NCBI GenBank assembly: GCA_963770895.1 | Contig: CAVYRF010000001.1 | Span: forward strand, 128,001 to 192,000 | DNA: 64,000 nucleotides | Reading direction: 5' to 3' | DNA from: an uncultured Acidobacteriota bacterium | GTDB lineage: Bacteria > Acidobacteriota > Thermoanaerobaculia > Multivoradales > UBA5704 | Shown: positions 62,315-64,000 of the stretch, piece after piece | Numbering within the stretch: position 1 is the stretch's first letter | Layout: each line of letters starts with the position of its first letter | The notes under the pieces: generated by a model | Seen by the model: the letters and a program-made list of their open reading frames with translations, nothing else | Database searches by the model: none | Told to the model about the DNA's origin: nothing | Program-made: the position numbers and the translations under genes

Positions 62315-63259
62315 CTACAAGCCCTCACGGGCCAGGTCCATGACCCACAGCACCTGGTAGCGGTGCTCGTAGGCGCCCAGGGCGACGCCGGTCCCCAGGC
62401 TGTTGAGGCGCGGGTCCAGGATGTTGCGGCGGTGCTCCGCGCTGGCCATCCACCCGGCCATCACCGAGGCGGGCGACAGGTGGCGGGCGGCGATGTTTTC
62501 GGCGACCAGCGCGGCGGCGATGCCGGCGGCTTCGACGCGGGCGCGGGGGTTCGTCCCCTCTGGCGCCTGGTGGGCGTAGTAGGAGCGCGCCAGCATGTCG
62601 TCGGCGTGCGCCTGGGCCGCGGCGTCCAGGCGCGGGTCGGCGGCCAGGGCCGCGACGCCGGCGTCGCGGCGCGCCGCATTGACCGCGGCGAGCAGGGCGG
62701 CGCGCACCGCGGCCAGGTCGCGCAGCGGCTCCGCCTCGCGCCCCCAGGCTTCGGTTTCGGGCCCGGCGAACAGGAACACGTAGAGCGGCACGGCGTGGAA
62801 GCTGGCGACCCCGATCCCCACGTCGGCGATCTCGGGGCGCAGCGCCGCCGCGCGGTCCGGCAGGCTGCGCCAGTAGGCCACCACCGCCGCCGGGTCGCCG
62901 GCGGTCGCCGCCACGCTCTCGGTCCACAGCCGGGGGCGGTAGCCGGCGCCCACCATCCGCCGCTGGATGGCGCCGAACAGCGACAGCGATTCGCTCTCTC
63001 CAGGCAGCGCGCCGCGCGCGCCGATCTCGTCGGCGCGCTGCTGGGCCACCTGGTCGAGCGCCGCCACCGGCCGCAACGCCGGCAGCCCGGCAGCCTGACG
63101 TTCGCCGTCGAGCTCCGCCGCCAGACGCTGGCGCAGCTCGGGCAGCGGCAGCGCAGGCTGCGCGGCCGCCGCGGGAGCGCGCAGCGGCGCCAGCAGGAGC
63201 GGCAGGGCGGCGAGCAGCGGCCGCAGCCGGCGGTTTGCGGTGGCGGCAGTCGAGGGCAT
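62315..63259 (-). CDS. secreted tandem CAP/SCP domain protein
   Basis: Signal peptide and two CAP repeats: AAQAHADDM..RSYYAH, AENIA and WMASAEHRRNIL. The start is uncertain. Confidence 0.85.
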   Translation of the reverse strand: MPSTAATANRRLRPLLAALPLLLAPLRAPAAAAQPALPLPELRQRLAAELDGERQAAGLPALRPVAALDQVAQQRADEIGARGALPGESESLSLFGAIQRRMVGAGYRPRLWTESVAATAGDPAAVVAYWRSLPDRAAALRPEIADVGIGVASFHAVPLYVFLFAGPETEAWGREAEPLRDLAAVRAALLAAVNAARRDAGVAALAADPRLDAAAQAHADDMLARSYYAHQAPEGTNPRARVEAAGIAAALVAENIAARHLSPASVMAGWMASAEHRRNILDPRLNSLGTGVALGAYEHRYQVLWVMDLAREGL

Positions 63260-63323
63260 CTGTGGTGACACCGGTCTCGCTATCATTGTGCCACCGCACA
63301 GCGATGAGAGCGATGGGATTGCG

Positions 63324-64000
63324 ATGACGACAACCAGGCCCACCGAACGATCTTCCATCGCCGCCCTGGCGGTCTACGTCCTGATGGTCGCGGCGGCGGT
63401 GCTCGGCTTCGTGTGGGTGCGCCACCTGGGCGAGCAGCTGACCGCGCCGCCGCCGACCGGGCCGGCGTTCGGCAGCAGCCAGGCGGGCGGCGGCGCCCAC
63501 GTGATGAACGAGCTGCTGCCGCACGTGCTGCTGGCGCTGGTGGTGATCCTGGTCGTCTCGCGCGCGGTGGGCCTGGTGTTTCGCCGCTTGGGCCAGCCGC
63601 AGGTGGTGGGGGAGGTGGTGGCCGGCATCCTGCTGGGGCCGTCGCTGCTCGGCAGGATTGCGCCGCAGGTGCTGGAGTTCCTGTTTCCGGCGGCGGCCGC
63701 GCCGTACCTGGGGGTGCTCTCCCAATTCGGCGTCATCCTGTTCATGTTTCTGGTCGGCCTGGAGCTCGACCTGGACGTGATGCGCGGCGGCACGCAGTCG
63801 ACGATCGCCATCTCGCACGCCAGCATCACGCTCCCTTTCATCCTGGGCGTCCTGCTGGCGCTGCCGCTCTACCCGGTGCTGTCCAGCCGCGACGTGCCGT
63901 TCAGCGCCTTTGCGCTCTTCCTGGGCGTCTCGATGTCGATCACCGCCTTCCCGGTTCTGGCCCGCATCCTCACCGACCAGGGCATCCAGCACACCCGCCT
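63324..64000 (+). CDS. cation:proton antiporter (CPA2/Kef-type), 3' end truncated by the window
   Basis: Hand translation gives LGQPQVVGEVVAGILLGPSLLG, FMFLVGLELD and MSITAFPVLARIL. Confidence 0.9.
   Translation, partial: MTTTRPTERSSIAALAVYVLMVAAAVLGFVWVRHLGEQLTAPPPTGPAFGSSQAGGGAHVMNELLPHVLLALVVILVVSRAVGLVFRRLGQPQVVGEVVAGILLGPSLLGRIAPQVLEFLFPAAAAPYLGVLSQFGVILFMFLVGLELDLDVMRGGTQSTIAISHASITLPFILGVLLALPLYPVLSSRDVPFSAFALFLGVSMSITAFPVLARILTDQGIQHTR

Overview
Very GC-rich bacterial chromosomal window, most consistent with Acidobacteriota, possibly Thermoanaerobaculia-like. This is inferred from a Cys-rich insert in RpoB, an IPTL-CTERM surface protein, YfhO/ArnT glycosyltransferases and ETLR-leader peptides. 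The core is the tRNA-Thr-tuf-tRNA-Trp-secE-nusG-rplKAJL-rpoBC cluster (11.1-24.8 kb), with no rpmG. Flanking genes include cell-envelope enzymes, ipdC, a sulfatase-like enzyme, a giant GEVED/SdrD-B adhesin, a heavy-metal RND efflux operon whose pump gene is frameshifted, a repeat-rich Ser/Thr kinase, an ABC exporter, two glycoside hydrolases, a cNMP-PilZ protein, Lon and a CPA2 antiporter. Four observations stand out. (1) A lower-GC island has a translationally coupled DUF262(GmrSD-like)-HipA kinase pair with no HipB, next to an intact IS630; it is a candidate undescribed anti-phage or toxin-antitoxin system. (2) Two orphan Cys/Ser/Thr-rich RiPP precursors 25 kb apart share the leader K[LM]xLxxETLRxLD...GG/AT, with no maturase in the window. 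(3) A CxxC/RAPP leader ORF and an RBS-sequestering hairpin precede the metal efflux operon. (4) A VioB-like gene start, absent from the ORF track, runs off the left edge. All calls come from reading motifs by eye; no database searches were run.
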